A program made the translations under genes and the position numbers. A stretch of 64,000 nt of DNA, taken from Eledone cirrhosa (taxonomy: Eukaryota). The notes under the pieces were generated by a model that saw only the letters and a list, made by a program, of their open reading frames with translations, did no database searches and was not told where the DNA came from. Positions within the stretch are counted from its first letter, which is position 1. Each line of letters starts with the position of its first letter. Shown here piece by piece: positions 27,601-42,804 of the stretch. Where the stretch lies: contig OZ024740.1 of assembly GCA_964016885.1 (NCBI GenBank), positions 194,804,001-194,868,000 of the forward strand, written 5' to 3'.

Positions 27601-27850
27601 TAGTCACTGTCAGTTAGTTGGGAGGTAGTGAGCATTAGCGACTCATAGAATCTGTCTTTTATAATGCCAGGCAGTCCAGATTGGGGTGCGTAAGCGGATA
27701 TTATTGTCACAGTAGTTCTATTTAGGACAAGTCTTATTTTGATTATTCTGTCATTGACTCTATTTACGTCAATTACCTTATCTACCCATTTTTCTGCTAA
27801 CATAATTCCTACTCCACCCAGCCCATTTTCATTTTCCACCCAGAAAAGTT
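24651..27850 (-). mobile_element. Near full-length RTE-clade LINE (APE endonuclease, RT, PHD-like finger), 5'-truncated and disrupted
   Basis: APE motifs (SAYAPQ, GDLNGHVG, QIDYIL), RT motifs (AFVDLEKAFDRV, GVHQGSVLSPLLF, LLYADD), C-terminal RRLRWYGHV..GRPRKTW, 3'UTR and (GAT)n tail; split by stops/frameshifts across ORFs 27932-24987. Confidence 0.95.
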
Positions 27851-28509
27851 TATATATATATATATACATACATATATACCATATATACATATATATATCA
27901 TCATCATTTAATGTCATTTTCCCTGCTAGCACTGGTTGGACAGGTCTTCACAGACTGAGCCTGTACTGAAGCAGACCTAAATGCTGTTACATCTGTCCTC
28001 CCCATACTTAATTTAACCTGTTCACATTGGTAGGCGAGTTTTCTAATGTAAACATACAGGTTGTGCTTATTTGTGGTAACAAGGACATTTATAAACTAAA
28101 TAAAGTACTTGCTACTTCATAAATTTGTTAATTTATTTAAGCTATAGTTTACAGGTTTATGAAACTATTTAAATAAACATTATTTCTTCAGAATTAATCA
28201 AGTTGGTAAAAGTAGATTTTTAAATTATGGTTTAAATAAATTGACACACACACCCATGTATTTTTGAAGATATCTTCTTTATAGCACAAGCAGATTAACC
28301 TAGTCATCTTAGTACAACTAATGATCCCAATCCAGGGTGATGAAAGAAAACCAGAATGAACTCTAGCAAGATTTTACAGTATTATTTACACCATCTACTT
28401 CTGACAGTGAAAGTATTAACTCTTTCATTATTAAGCAGTTGTTTGAAAACATAACTTAACAAAGTGAGAAAACTTTATTCCAAATACTACTGTCATAAAC
28501 AAAACGTAA

Positions 28510-28722
28510 CCCTTTAGCATCTAAACTGGCCATATCCAGTCAGAATTCTCACTTCTTTCTGTTCAAACCAGCTGTAACAGGCCACTCATACTGATGCTAA
28601 CATATTGTTCTCAAAATAAATAATATCACAATCTCATAGATTCAATATTATCCAAGATAATTATGTGAGGGAAAGCTTTTACTGTGAAAATATAATAGTA
28701 AATATAGAGTTATGCTAAAGGG
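28510..28722. mobile_element. piggyBac-type MITE, second copy
   Basis: CCCTTTAGCAT...ATGCTAAAGGG termini; interior aligns with 3951-4172. Confidence 0.75.
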
Positions 28723-30298
28723 TTAGAGTCAGTTGACCTTGTGGTCTCAGCAAACAGGATGGAGAAGACATTACCCCAGATGATGATGAGGAAGACTCAC
28801 TGGAACAGCCACTCTACTCCATGGGGCTCACACATGCATGTAGCGAACTCCGCTCTGATAGCTGTGAGTAGAGATGTGGTCCAAGCACATAAAGAAACAA
28901 GATTAAATGTAGTTATCTATTTAGTCTGGCACTCTACAACATATGAAGGCTAATGAATATTTATTGATTGATAACAAACACAAATAGTAAAGCATTAAAT
29001 GAGAAAAAAGAAAGCTTAATATTCCATCACAAGGCCTTAGTTCAAAACATCAAATGTTTTCACTCCTCATGATATTAAATTCATTCACATCTTAGATTTT
29101 ATTATCACTGTTGCCTACACAAAGATGCAGAAACATACCAGTTTTCTTGGCTTCTGTATTTTACCATTTTAGGGTGTAGTTTTAATAATTTCATTGTCAT
29201 GAAAGTCACTATCTATGGCTTTCAAAATATTTTGATAGTAATAAAAAATTTTGAAGAATTTAATAATTATAACTAACTCTGTCTTTTTTAAAATGGTGTT
29301 TGGATGATCATTTAACAAAGGTTTTACATAAAATTATGACGAGATTTTTAGATAAATATAATTACTTTAGAACAAACAGTTTTGTATCATAGAACCTGGG
29401 ATAATTTCAGGTGGGTGGGTAAAAAAAGGGTTAATGAGAGAAAAACCTAAACAACTTTTCTACTGTAGGCTTCTCTGTGAAACATTAGATTTCTGGTCAA
29501 CAAATAAAACTTTCTGTATTGATTATTGCTAACCAAGATGTCTATGAAGAAGCCTTAACTTGCTAGAAATAATAGTGAAATCTTCTTCAAACCACAACCT
29601 ACCATCCTAAAAAAGAAAAGGACACATTAGATAATGTAGTCATAGATATCCTTAAAAGGATTAGATTGGAAAACAGTGGAATTGAAATCCAAACTATGCT
29701 GTTGCAAAGCAAATTTTGTACACAATACACCCATATTCACATTGATGTTTAGTAAAGAAACAACAACAATAATGATGATGATGATAATAATAATTACTAT
29801 ATTAGGTTTGCATTTCAAAATATACAAAAGAGACTGGCAACTTAGCAATCCAAAACCAGTAAGGACAGATTTTAAGAAAGATTTAGAGCAGCTGTAATGT
29901 TAGACAGAAAAAGACTTCATATAAGCTCCTCATTGTAAACACCGATACATACTTACTTGAATGTAAATTGAAATTTTAAAAAATCTCTAGTCTTAAATGA
30001 CTGTCAAACTATCTTCAGGATTACACAAAAAGATAAAATGAACAACAGGCATGGACTATTAAAATAAATACAATAGAGAATATGGGTGATGGATGTATTG
30101 TTTCTTTTTATATATTTTTATTTAAGAAAACTAAAACATTTAGAAAGCTTTGGAAATCCTGTTATATGATTTATCTTTTAAAGCCTTCTTTATAAACTTA
30201 GTGCATATGTGTGAGATACAGAAAATAAGTTAGTATAGATATTTGAAGAAATAATGCCCCAAAAGATATATGTATCAATGTGCAGGAACACAAAGATA

Positions 30299-31562
30299 TC
30301 ATCATCATCATCACCATCATCACCATTTTATGTCAATTTTTCCATGTTAGTATAGATTAGATGGGTTGTCCTATTGTGGGCAATGCTAGGTCAGGTGACC
30401 ATGTCTTGCACATACAGAACTGATTTTGGCTTGGTTTCTACAGCTGGATGCCCTTCCTAACACCAACCTCATTTACAGTGAGGACTGGGTACTTTTCGCA
30501 TGTCACCAGCACGACCACTTTACTGTGTGGACTGGGTGTTTTTATTGTGTCACCAACATGACCACTTTACCGTGTGGGTTGGGTGCTTTTTGTCATGACA
30601 CCTACTCGACCACTTTACAGTGTGGGCTGGGGGTTTTCACTAGATGCATACTTCATACTGTCCTCGCGGGAGATGCATACTCTATATATGCTTCAGCTTC
30701 AGCCTGCGGGTCTTCTGTAGCACTGCATAATGTCAGAAATATCAGTTCTGTGTCATCACCTTTGATATATATGTATATACATACATATATATCATCATCA
30801 CCGTTTTACGTCCATTCTTCCACGCTAGCATGGGTTAGACGGGTTGTCCTGTTGTGGGCAGTGTCTGGTCGGCTGACCATGCCTTGCTCATACAGGAACT
30901 GATTTGGCTTGATTTCTACAGCTGGATGCCCTTCCTAACACCAACCTCATTTACAGTGAGCGCTGGGTGCTTTTTCGTGGCGCCTACACGTCTACTTTAC
31001 AGTGTGGGCTGGGTGCTTTTTTGCCGTGGCACCTCCACAACCACTTTGCAGTGGGGTGTGTGGGGGCATATTGTCTATATGCTTCAGCTTGTACCCATGA
31101 GAGGTCGGGTACTCTGTATTATTGCGTGACGCCAGAGGTCACAGTCGTGTGTCATCGCCTTTGAGAGATGTAATTGGGTAAGGTCGGCTTTTATCACCTC
31201 ATCCCAGGTCATCTTGGGTCTTCCCACTCCACGGTTTCCATCGACTTCTAGTGCTCTGCACCTTTTGATGCAGCTGTCATCCTTCATACGCATCACATGT
31301 CCATACCAACGTAACCTCCTCTCCTGCACACAGCATTTGATTCCTCTTATGCTCAGTCTCTCTCTCAATTCATTTATGCTTTGTCGGTCACGTATATTAC
31401 TATTACACATCCATCGGAGCATGCAGGCTTCGTTTCTCTCTAATCTACGTAAGTCTTCCACCTTCACCGCCCAGGTCTAACTACCATGCAACATCGCTGT
31501 TCGGATACACGCATCATACAGTCTGCCTTTCATTTTGAGGGAGAAGTCTTTTGCAGCTAGCA
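30299..31562 (-). mobile_element. Two tandem RTE LINE 3' fragments (~30299-30760 older; 30791-31562)
   Basis: Two (GAT)n tails and 3'UTRs; ORF 31084-31467 C-terminus. Confidence 0.9.
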
Positions 31563-33164
31563 GAATATATATATATATTTATTTATATATATTTATATAT
31601 ATATTTTTCTTTTTATCTTCTAATTCCTGGTGGAGTTGTAGGGGTGCCATATTGGCATACATCATTTCTTGAGCATTCTTTAAACCTGATAGAGTGCAAA
31701 CCTCTCCAGGCTTATATGTGGAGGCTTGAGTCTTATCCTAACATCACTGTTAACCTGAAAAGTAACATGCTTCAGCAGAGTCTTGAGCATCTGAGCAGCC
31801 CTTTTTGGGGACTCACTGTTCATCCACAGCACATAGGAAGGGTCTAGAAAAGGTGACCTAAACAAAACCTGTTCAATCATCAAACTAGCCAGCAGCCTGC
31901 AGTTGGCAGTAGTTCATAATAGCAAGAAATTAATTGAAAAAATGACTGTCTTCTGTAAAGAAATGGTAGTTATCATATATAGAATATAATCATTATCATT
32001 ATCATCATTTAATGTCTGTTTTTGAATGGCAGCATGAGTGGGATGAGTCATCACAAGTTAGTATTTAATTACATTATCTGACTTCTAACTTACATACAAT
32101 CAAGCACTTTACATACATAACTGAAGTCAGTAGATCCAATTAAGTACTATCTTGTGACAATCCATTCAACCCATGCCAGCTTAGCAAAATGGACAATATA
32201 TATATATATATACATATACACTGTGTTAAGGTACTATAAAATATATAATGTTTATGATGGTTATGTTTCTCAATAAAAACACTCAATGGACCTTGGCCCA
32301 GAGTATTAATAATAATATGGTTGTATATATGTGTACAAAATACAATGTGTTTCTTAAACGATGTATGGCTCTCTCTCATCATCATCATCATCATCATCAT
32401 CATCGTTTAACGTCTATCTTCCATGCTAGCATATTACTTTTAATTTGAATGATATATATATATATATTCATTTTATTAATGCTAAATAGTGAGTTTTGTT
32501 ACCCTGGAGTTTTGTCTGTTCATTGCCTCAGAGGGCAACTCTCTATGTGCAAATCCCATTGCCATCCCATTTATATATACAAATAATATCTAGTGTTGGT
32601 GCCACAAACAAAATGCACTCAGCACATGCTGTATAGTGGTTGGTGACAGGGCAGGCCCCAAACTGTAGGAAACTTGTTAAACAAAGGGTTGACATGATTC
32701 TTGACTCATGCCAAAGATATGACAACTTCCTTAGTGGTGGTGGTACCATAAAATGCACCTGGTGCACTCTGTGGAGTATGGGAACATATGTAAGCGAGAT
32801 AATGCTCCTAGCCCATCTGAAAGATCACTGACTCTGATTAAGTACTGGCTTGGTCTGTGACAACCCATTAAAACCTTGCAAGCAGTAAAAACATACGTTA
32901 AATGATAATGATGAGTTTATGATCTCTCTCTCTCTCTCTCTTATATATATATAATATATATATAATTTTAGAAATCATGGAACTTGTAATTTCATTGATT
33001 GCCCAGTTAAAGGTACACACCTATATCTACATATATAAATATAAATAGATGAAGTTGTATTTTCCAGCAACAAAAGTAATTGTCAGTCATATTGGTTTCA
33101 ATGTTAAATATACAAACAAATACATACATACATACATACATACATACATACATACATACATACA

Positions 33165-33198
<34 letters not shown>

Positions 33199-33199
33199 A

Positions 33200-33257
<58 letters not shown>

Positions 33258-34560
33258 TGCACATATTTTTATTTATTTATCAATATCCATAACTCTGTCT
33301 ATATCTATCCACCACACATATAGATAAAGACACCATGACAGACACACACAGAAATACAAAAAATTAATGACTCTACTTAAATTCAAAGTATTTGAACAAA
33401 ACAGATTTTTGGACATTTTGACATTTATGCATCTAAATGTTAAGAATATTGTGTCTTGTTTCTGTAGAAATTCTGTGAAATATAAAATTACTTGCAGAAG
33501 ACAAACTAGTAGAAGAAGATGAATCAAACATCTGTTATGTAAGACAATAATCCATTGACTTAGATAAAATATGAAAAGTTGATAATAATGAATGGAAAAG
33601 GAAAATTTCAAATATTCTAGAACCACTGACGTCTTTTTTGAAAATAACTTGAAAGGAAATAAAATATTGACAAAAGTGTGTGGGGTGGGGGGAATGGAAA
33701 ACGAAAAGAAAAATGATAGAATGTAAAAAAAGAGAAACAGCAAATTAACAAACTAAACAAAAAATATATAACAAAGAATTTAGGACACTATTCTAAGTTT
33801 TTGATGTCTCCATTGATTCTTTTTTTAGTTTGGTTTGGAAATATATGAAAAATGAAAGTAGTAAATGAAAGGAATGATATCAAATAATTAGCTTTAATAT
33901 ATTCTTGAGTTTTATTTTTAATTTTTACTTTCATTGTTTTTTGTTTGTTTATTTGTTTTTTTTTCCATTTTTTCTCTTTTTACATTAGCTTATTTTTTTG
34001 TTGGGGGGAAAGTGTGGGTGGTAGATTAATAGTCGCATTCTATCTATATAGTTTTAAATTTCAAGAATCAATATATATAATATTTCTGTTGTAGAGACTG
34101 ACTGTCATGCAAATAAATGATGTCTATAGAAAAATGGTCATTAAATGAAGAAGTATTACAGTATCTCACACACCATACACATTCTTTCACACATTACAGC
34201 CACCACCACTCTTTCTTTCATACACTTGCATAAACATATACATATATATTTTGTTTGAATTCTGTGAAGGGGAATTATTATTATAGAGCAATTTATTCAA
34301 ACTAGTGTCCACATCTTGGTTGTTATAATCACAAGGTTTTAACCATTATACCTTTCAGCCTTTATCAGTTGCCTGACATATTCATTAATGTTATCAGAAT
34401 TTTTAATGAAATACTTTATTCAAACAATGGTGCTGATTGTTCTCAGTCTGTTATTAATGACCAGGATATCCTTGTATTAATCAGTTGTCATGTCATTTGG
34501 TTGTTCTCTTTAAGGTAAAGAAAAGGACCCTTAATTTCTAATGGAGTTGTAGGGGCACCA

Positions 34561-34735
34561 TATAACTATATATACACTGGTTTAAGAAGAAGGGAGGTGT
34601 GATTTGGCAGAGTTATTAAAGCCTAACTGATATTTGTTCTAGCTTATATTGGTCTGAGTTCAAATTCTGCCAAGGTCAACTTTGCCTCTCATCCTTTTGA
34701 AGTTAATAAACCAAGTATCACTCTAGTGCTGGTGT

Positions 34736-34785
<50 letters not shown>

Positions 34786-34878
34786 CTGTCTCTCTTTCAC
34801 TCACTCTCTCACCAGCTCTGGTAAAAATCAGCTGTGTTCTAACCAGAGCTGGTGAGAGAGTGAGTGAAAGAGAGACAG

Positions 34879-34912
<34 letters not shown>

Positions 34913-35087
34913 ACACCAACACTAGATTGATACTTGGTTTATTAACTTCAAAAGGATGAGAGGTAAAGTTGACCTTGGCAGAATTTGAACTCAGACCAAT
35001 ATAAGCTAGAACAAATATCAGTTAGGCTTTAATAACTCTGCCAAATCACACCTCCCTTCTTCTTAAACCAGTGTATATATAGTTATA
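34561..35087. repeat. Fold-back inverted duplication (~250-bp arms, ~18-nt spacer) of an old SINE plus (CT)n tract
   Basis: Arms are reverse complements with about 3 substitutions and a different (CT)/(AG) length; spacer AAAAATCAGCTGTGTTCT. Confidence 0.95.
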
Positions 35088-37812
35088 CCAATCAAAGGAC
35101 TGAACTTACATCCAACAAGTGAAATGCAACACTTAAAATTTAATCATTGTTTATATTGACTATCGTATTAACATATAAGAACTTTAAATCTCACATTTCT
35201 TCGACTGGAGTGTTTTTTATCATAAACCTACACACATCTACATATATATTACATATATATACAATGAGACAATGAGGGGATTCGAGGTGCTTGTTTAACC
35301 TGCTAGAAACAGCAGCTAAAACTCCTTCAAACTGCATTCTACTCTCTTGAAAAGAAAACATTGAATAATGTACGTCTAGATATACTATATCTTGTTATAA
35401 ATAAAAAAGATGGAATTGTCATTGATGGAACACCTTTGATCATAGGGCAGCTCAGTGAGAAGCTAAACAACAACAACAACAACAACATATATAAACAGAG
35501 TCCCAAAAGTAATTCCCAATTTCAAAACAATTTTATTGAAGCAATAAACTGACTTCAATTCTAAGATTATATTCACATCAATTTTCAGAGTTCATATATG
35601 TTTTAAAATTGATCAGTACTTTTGGGACCAGCTGTTAGTGTGTGAGAGGTAAGATTTCTGTGTCTGTATATAGATATGTATGTGTGTTCAGGTGCGAGTA
35701 TTTCTGTGAATGCGTGTATGACAAGGATGGCGTGATAAATCAGACAATAAATTATTGGCAATCGAGAGTCTCATGGTGATTGTTCTTTTGTGGTTGAAGA
35801 CACCTTAATAAGTATTGCTTCTTTGAGTAATTAAATTGTTGACATTTCCATTGGTGGCCTTTATAAAGACTATAACCTCAGTATCATATATTTGCCAGTA
35901 TTTACAGTTGTTGTTATTTGGCCCAAGATCAGTAAATAGAAGTATAATCAAAGGCTACATTTTAAGGGCTGTCTAACATGCGAGTACTAGATATGCCTAA
36001 AATGTGTCCTTTCTTTTTCAAGATAGTAAGGTGGTGTTATTTTATTTACTATGTCAGGAAGGGAAGGACAGCACTCATGACCCTTTACAGGGTCACCAAA
36101 GCTGGTAGAAGGGAAGGATTAAAGCATCCTCAAAATGAGGACAAGGCCCAAGTGCTTACAACATAGTAAATTCTGCTAAATGCATCCAAGGACCACATAA
36201 TAATAATAATGAAAATTATTGTGTACAGTGTAGGGGTGTTAAAACAAATAATAGATTATGTCTACTACCTAAGAAATTGTAACTTGAATGAAACACAGCT
36301 GTTACTTTTAGCTATATATTCTTAGAAAGTCGAGTAACCATGTAGAGCAAATATTTTCAATTTCTGTACCATGACACAGTTGCATGTAAGGTGTGAAAAT
36401 ACTTAGATATGTATAAAGCTTTGATGTTTTTACTCTACTATAACAGGGCATCTGTATTCCATTGCAACACAGTGCAATCCATAAACCCATACTTTACTTA
36501 AAACAATCCCAATGTTTTCTTGACATAATAAAAATTTTAAAGTTGGTGGTATGCTGTCACAACCTTAAGTGATACTGATTGAAAATGGTGAAAAATTGCA
36601 GGTGTTGATCCCACCCCACTACTGATTTGTTGGCTGAACAATTTTCAAATATACATATTCCCTTATGATCAGAGATTACTCTATGTTGCATCAAGTAAAC
36701 TTTGCAGACGAAATCTGAATAGGTAAGTTGTCTGTTTAGCATTTCATTCACAGGAATTGAGCTAATTTTTATATTTGTTTACATATGAATTTAAACTGGC
36801 AACTGGCAACGTACATTCTGAGTTCAAATCCCACCAAGTTTTAATTTACCTTTCATCTTCTCAGGATCAATAAATAAAGTACCAGGTGAGAGTATTGAAA
36901 TTGTGCAGTCATTAGAGCATCAGATAGGATGCTTTGCACTACTTATTTCAACTCCTCACATTCTGAGTTCAAATCTCACTGAAGTTAATTTTGCTTTTCC
37001 TCTTTCTGGGGTCAGTAAATAAAGTATCACTTTATAACAGTGGATTGATGGAGTTGTTAGAGCACTGGGTGGGGTACTGTGCAGTATTTGTTCTGGCTCT
37101 TTGCATATTTTGAGTTTAAATCTTTCACCTGGTCTAATACTTCCACCTGGCCCAGGGGTGTCTTGAGCAAAGTTTCCTCTGAAACGGATCATGTATGCTG
37201 ACCTTCCTCCTGACTAGGCAATGAAAAATGGCTTATATCATGGTCCATATCTATATATTCATACTTAAAATATAAGTGTAGAGTTATGTATTTTAGAAAT
37301 ATTAAGTGGTTTTCTATAATATGCAATACTCTCGATATTGAAGATCATTTGATGATAGTTGTTACTATTGGCGATGATGATAATAATGGTATATGTCATT
37401 GGGCTTGCAATTGTGAGGTTGTGAGTTCAATTCCCAGACCGAGTTATGCATTATTTCGCATTGCTCTAGTTTACTCAGCTGTAGAAATGAGTTCCGACAT
37501 CACTGATGCCAAGCTGTAACAGCCATTGCCTTTCCCATCAGTGGTATGGAGAGGGGAGATTAGAATGCATGAGTGACTGCTGGGCTTCCACAATCAACCT
37601 TGCCCAGATTTGTGCCTCGAAGGAGAACTTTCTAGGTGCAAATCCCATGGTCATTTGTGACCGAAAGGATCTTTATGTGGTAATGATGGGGGTGTAATCA
37701 TGATGATGAAAATGGTCATAGTGGTGTTCATCATGTCATCATTGTGGTGATGGGGTTAGTAGTAGTAGTAGTAGTAGTAGTCGAAGTAGTAGTAGTAGTA
37801 GTAGTAGTAGTC

Positions 37813-37843
<31 letters not shown>

Positions 37844-38559
37844 AGTAATAGTAGTAGTAGTAGGAATAGTAGTAGTAGTAGTAGTAGTGATTGTATTATT
37901 GAAAATGACATTTTTCAGTGACCATTACGTTTTTAGTTTTATTTGTTTTTGTTTTTCCCCACCCACCCATAATAAAAATATTCCCATCTTTCTAAAACAA
38001 TCTTTGAAACTTACTAACATTAAACATAATGAGCAATGCAAGAGAAAGAGGGGTAGGGAGAGACAGAAAGAGAGGGAGGAGAGAGATAGATAGAGAGGGG
38101 GGAGAGAGATAGAGAGGGGGGAGAGAGGGAGGAGGAGAGATAGAGGGAGAGAGAGAGGGAGGAGAGATAGAGAGAGGTGGGGAGAGAGAGACAGAAAAAG
38201 GTGGATGGGGAGGGATGGAGAGTGGGGAGGGGCAAAAAGAGAAAGAAAGAAACAGATATAGCACAATGAATAACTACAACTGTCTCTAAATGATTTTTTG
38301 ATTTTTTTTTTTTTTTGTTTTTTTTTTCAAAAAATTAATAATAAAACCAACTAACGAGATTGACACGGATTTTAATTATAACTAAATATTTCATTTTAAA
38401 TATAATTTAGGCAAGAAATATTAATGTTAAATTTCATGTCATGCTTCGATTGCAATTAATTGTAGTAAAAATGTTCATGGGTTGGGGGAGATATGTGCTG
38501 TAATGTTGCTGGTTGGTTGGATAGCAGGGGTGCTGTGGAGTGTAGTAAGGTGATTGATT

Positions 38560-38850
38560 GGTAGGTTGAGTAAATAGGGTATGTGAGCTGTAGTAAGGTC
38601 ATTGGTTAGCTGGTGGGTGGTTTCTTGGGTAGATAGGGTATGTGGGATGGAGTAAGGTCGCTGGGTGGCTGGTTACTTGGGTAGATAGGGTATGTGGGAT
38701 GGAGTAAGGTCATTGGTTAGCTGGGTGGCTGGTTACTTGGGTAGATAGGGTATGTGGGATGGTGTAAGCAGAGTGATTAATTAAGTTAGTTGAGTAGATA
38801 GGGAATGTGGAGTGTTGTAAGGTGGCTGGCTGGTTGGGTAGATAGGAGAT
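38560..38850. repeat. Degenerate G-rich ~55-60-bp tandem repeat, ~5 copies
   Basis: GGGTAGATAGGGTATGTGGGATGGAGTAAGGTC..TGG..GGCTGGTTACTT. Confidence 0.85.
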
Positions 38851-41111
38851 ATAAGGTGTGGGTTGTGAATTTTGCAGTGATTATTGTCCTACCAGCTATC
38901 CAGTCAAACAACCAGTTTAGTATGAAATGTTCTAATTTTTGTTTTATTTAATTGTTTGTTTTTTTTCTATAACTTGTTTTCTGTCTTTTTTCTATAAAAT
39001 GTTTCTTCTTTTTTTCTCTTTATATACCAGAGAGAAAGAGAGTGGTGGAGGAGAAACTATAGCTAGGAGAGATTTTTTTTTCTATAGTTTTCTATATTTT
39101 AAAATTCTTTTTATTGGAGATAAGGAAAAATGGTTCAGAAGTTTGCTTTGCAACCACATGGTTTTCTTTTCAGTTTTTCTAGTGTGGCACCTTGGATAAA
39201 TATCTTCTACATCCTTGAGCTGACCAATATATTTTGAATAAAATTTTGTCACCAAAAACTGGGCTGAAACCTCAAGAAACTGAACCTCACAAGAGAGATA
39301 TCACAGAACTGAGCAGAGTAGAAATATGCAATAATAGAAAAGACCTACCCTCATGTACTGCACAAAAGTAAATATAGTGAGTAAACAGAAGCTACAGTGA
39401 TGGAAATGAAATGGACACAGTATAGGGTTTGAGCAGATCATTCAGTCAATATGAGCATGTAATAACCTAGCTAGTTTTGGTGCAGTGATGAAATGTACTC
39501 AAAATACTCTATAAGGTGGTTGGCATAGAGGCCATGCCAAAAATCTAAGGTATGAGCAAGACAGATTGATCTGACCTGCCTGGTGTTAGACTGTGACAAA
39601 CTATTCCAGAATTAGGGAACCTTTTCATGTTGAAAGGTCATATTAAGTTATTTGTGATGTAATAAGGCTACATTCAAGAAACCATAATTATATATTCTTA
39701 AAATTGACATTAAATTGACTATTTATTCACAGTTGTATAAATGACATCACAAATTGTTTATAATTCTTACAGAATGAAAATATATACACAAATAATATAT
39801 AAAATTAATTATTGCTAAATTTAATACGCAAAAATATATAATCAAAGCTAGAGAAAAAAACATCAATTCAACACTAAGTATGTCAAATGGTCACACACCA
39901 AGCCAACACACTCACGACATTACTGCAGGTGATAGCGAGGCTAAGGTGCTGAAACAACCAAGCACTTTCACATACATCACATGACATGACACCTCAGTAA
40001 GGCGAGCCACTAATGATTCAAGAACTTTGCTGTAAGCAGATTTTATTCCTTTCGGCTACAGAAACAGTGACCCTCACATTTACCGCGGCATCCAGGATGT
40101 GCGACATTATTTTCTTTGCCTTTCATCCTTACGGGGTCGATAAAATAAAGTACCAGTAATGCACTGGGTAATTGCTGGCCTTGTGCCTAAAGTAGAAACA
40201 ATTATTTTGGAAGAATCTAATTACTATGTACTAATTATCTAAAAAACGAAAAAAAAATTAATTTTAAAGCTAACAACCTTGTACATTCCAGAATGGGATT
40301 AGAAGTAAAAGATGACTCTAGAGCTGATTGGGCCCTAATAATCTGCTAATTTTTCTCTGACTTATTTCTGACCTATTTAATCCATGCCAGCATAAAACGT
40401 GGATGTAAAGTGATGTTGATATATACACACACACAGGTGCATATGTGTGTGTGTTTGTCACCATTCTATGTTTACGTTGATGCCATTCATTAAAACAGCT
40501 CTCTTTGTTTATGTCCTGTAACTTAGCAGTTCAACAAATAGAGATCAATAACAAAAGTATTGGTTTTGATATGATCAACTGAAACTCTTTCTGGTGGTGC
40601 CCCAGGATAGCCATGGTTCAATGACTGAAACCAGTAATAAAATAAAAGACTATGAGAGGTGGTTATGTAGGAATTAAAGTTAGAAAAGGTAATTTTTATT
40701 GGTTTAATTTAATATTTCTTATACATTAGGCTGGTGGATCATCAGTATTGGTAGAATGCCAGACAACATACTTTGTGGCACAGAGTTAGGTCCCTTTACA
40801 TTCAGAGTTTAAATTCAGCTGAGGTTAGCTATGCCTTTCATCCTTATGGTGTTAATAAAATAAAATACCAGTTATGCACTGATTTAATCAACTTCCACCT
40901 CCCCGAAAATTGTTGGCCATGTGTCTAAATGAGAAACCAATATTTCTTATACATGAGAAAGAAGGTGGATTAAGAAGATTTATGTCCAGGGAAGATCATT
41001 TTTATTAGTTTGTTGTTTTTTATTCATTAATTTTATATAATCTTCATTTTTATTTCTTTTTTTTTCTGAATGAGAGGCAAAGATGATCATACTACTACTA
41101 CTATTACTACG

Positions 41112-41143
<32 letters not shown>

Positions 41144-41473
41144 GATGAAGACGATGACAATGACTACTACCACTACTACTACCACCACCATCACTACTAC
41201 TACTACTATTACTACTTTGATTACTGCTACTACTCCCATTACTACTACTACTACTACCACTACCACCACTATTACTACTACTACTACTATAGTAGCAGTA
41301 ATAGTAGTAGTAGGAGGGGGTGAGGAGTGATAAGAGAATGAAAATGGAATTATGGACAGTAGAGGAAAGAAGGAAAGAATAGAAATTGTTTAAAAAGAAT
41401 GGAAAAAAAAGTTCAATTTGTCATTTTTTTGTCTTTGCTTTTTTTTCTTTCCTTGTTTTATTGTTTTTCACTC

Positions 41474-41561
41474 AGACACACACATATATACACACATGCG
41501 AACAAATATATTATATAAGACACACACATATATACACACATGCGAACAAATATATTATATA
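41474..41561. repeat. Perfect 44-bp tandem duplication
   Basis: AGACACACACATATATACACACATGCGAACAAATATATTATATA x2. Confidence 0.9.
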
Positions 41562-41696
41562 TTTCCAATAACAGAAATATTTCCACCAATGGAATCAAAG
41601 GATTTCATGGAGACAGAATATTCACTGAAACAAACCAATTAGGCAGAGTAACATGCTGGTGAAGACCATGTCAGTGTTTTATTTGTTTTATATTTC

Positions 41697-41746
<50 letters not shown>

Positions 41747-42066
41747 ATGTGTGTGTGTGCATGTGTGTGCATGTGTGTGTGTGTATGTATGTGTGTGTGT
41801 GTATGTGTGTGTGTGTATGAGTATGTGTGTGTGAGAGTGTATGCATGTGTGTGCATGTGTCTGTCTGTATGTGTGTGTGTGTGTGTATGTATGTGTATGT
41901 GTGTGTGTTTGTGTGTTTGTGTGTGTGTGTGTGCATGTATGTGTGCATATGTGTGTGCATATATGTGTGTGTATGTATGTGTGTGTGTGTGCATATGAAT
42001 GTGTGTATGTGTGTATATGTGTATGCATGTGTGTATGGATGAATATGTGTGTGTGTTTGTGTGTGT
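41697..42066. repeat. Compound (GT)n microsatellite
   Basis: Direct reading; source of the spurious HT/CV ORFs. Confidence 0.95.
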
Positions 42067-42804
42067 CTAATACTTTCTTTGTTTTTCTTTTATTTGTGAG
42101 GGGGGGGATTAATTGCTTAAAAGCTCCTGGTTTCAGCAGCAACTGAACCAAGGACATTAACAAACAACAACAGCAGAGTTATAGATATTTCAAACAAGGG
42201 AAAGGGGGGGGGGGGGTTATTTTCATCATCATCATCATCATCATCCTTATCAATATCATTACTGTTGTTATCTCCATAACCACCAGCAGTGCCATCATAA
42301 TCATCGTCAAGAACAACTTCAACATCATCACTATAGATGTTATTACAATCATTACAACTATCACTGCCACCACTGCCACCATCATGATAATTATCATCAT
42401 CATCACCATCACCTCCATCATAATCAACATCATCACCTCCATCATAATCAACATTATCATCACCTCCATCATAATCATCATCATCATCACTATTGCCTCC
42501 ATCATAATCAACATCATCATCACCATCACTATCACCATCACCTCCATCATAATCATCATCATCATCACTATAGTTATCATCACCACAATCACCACAGCCA
42601 ACTCCATCACCACAAACCACAATATTGTTTTCATTATGATCACCACCAACACCATCATCACAACCACCAACTCTATCATATTCATCACCATCATTACTGT
42701 GACTTTCCTACCCCAACACCACCACCACAACAACATCACAATCCCCACCAGCACCATCAACATCATAATGGTTATCCCCACCACCATCACTACCACCATC
42801 ACTA

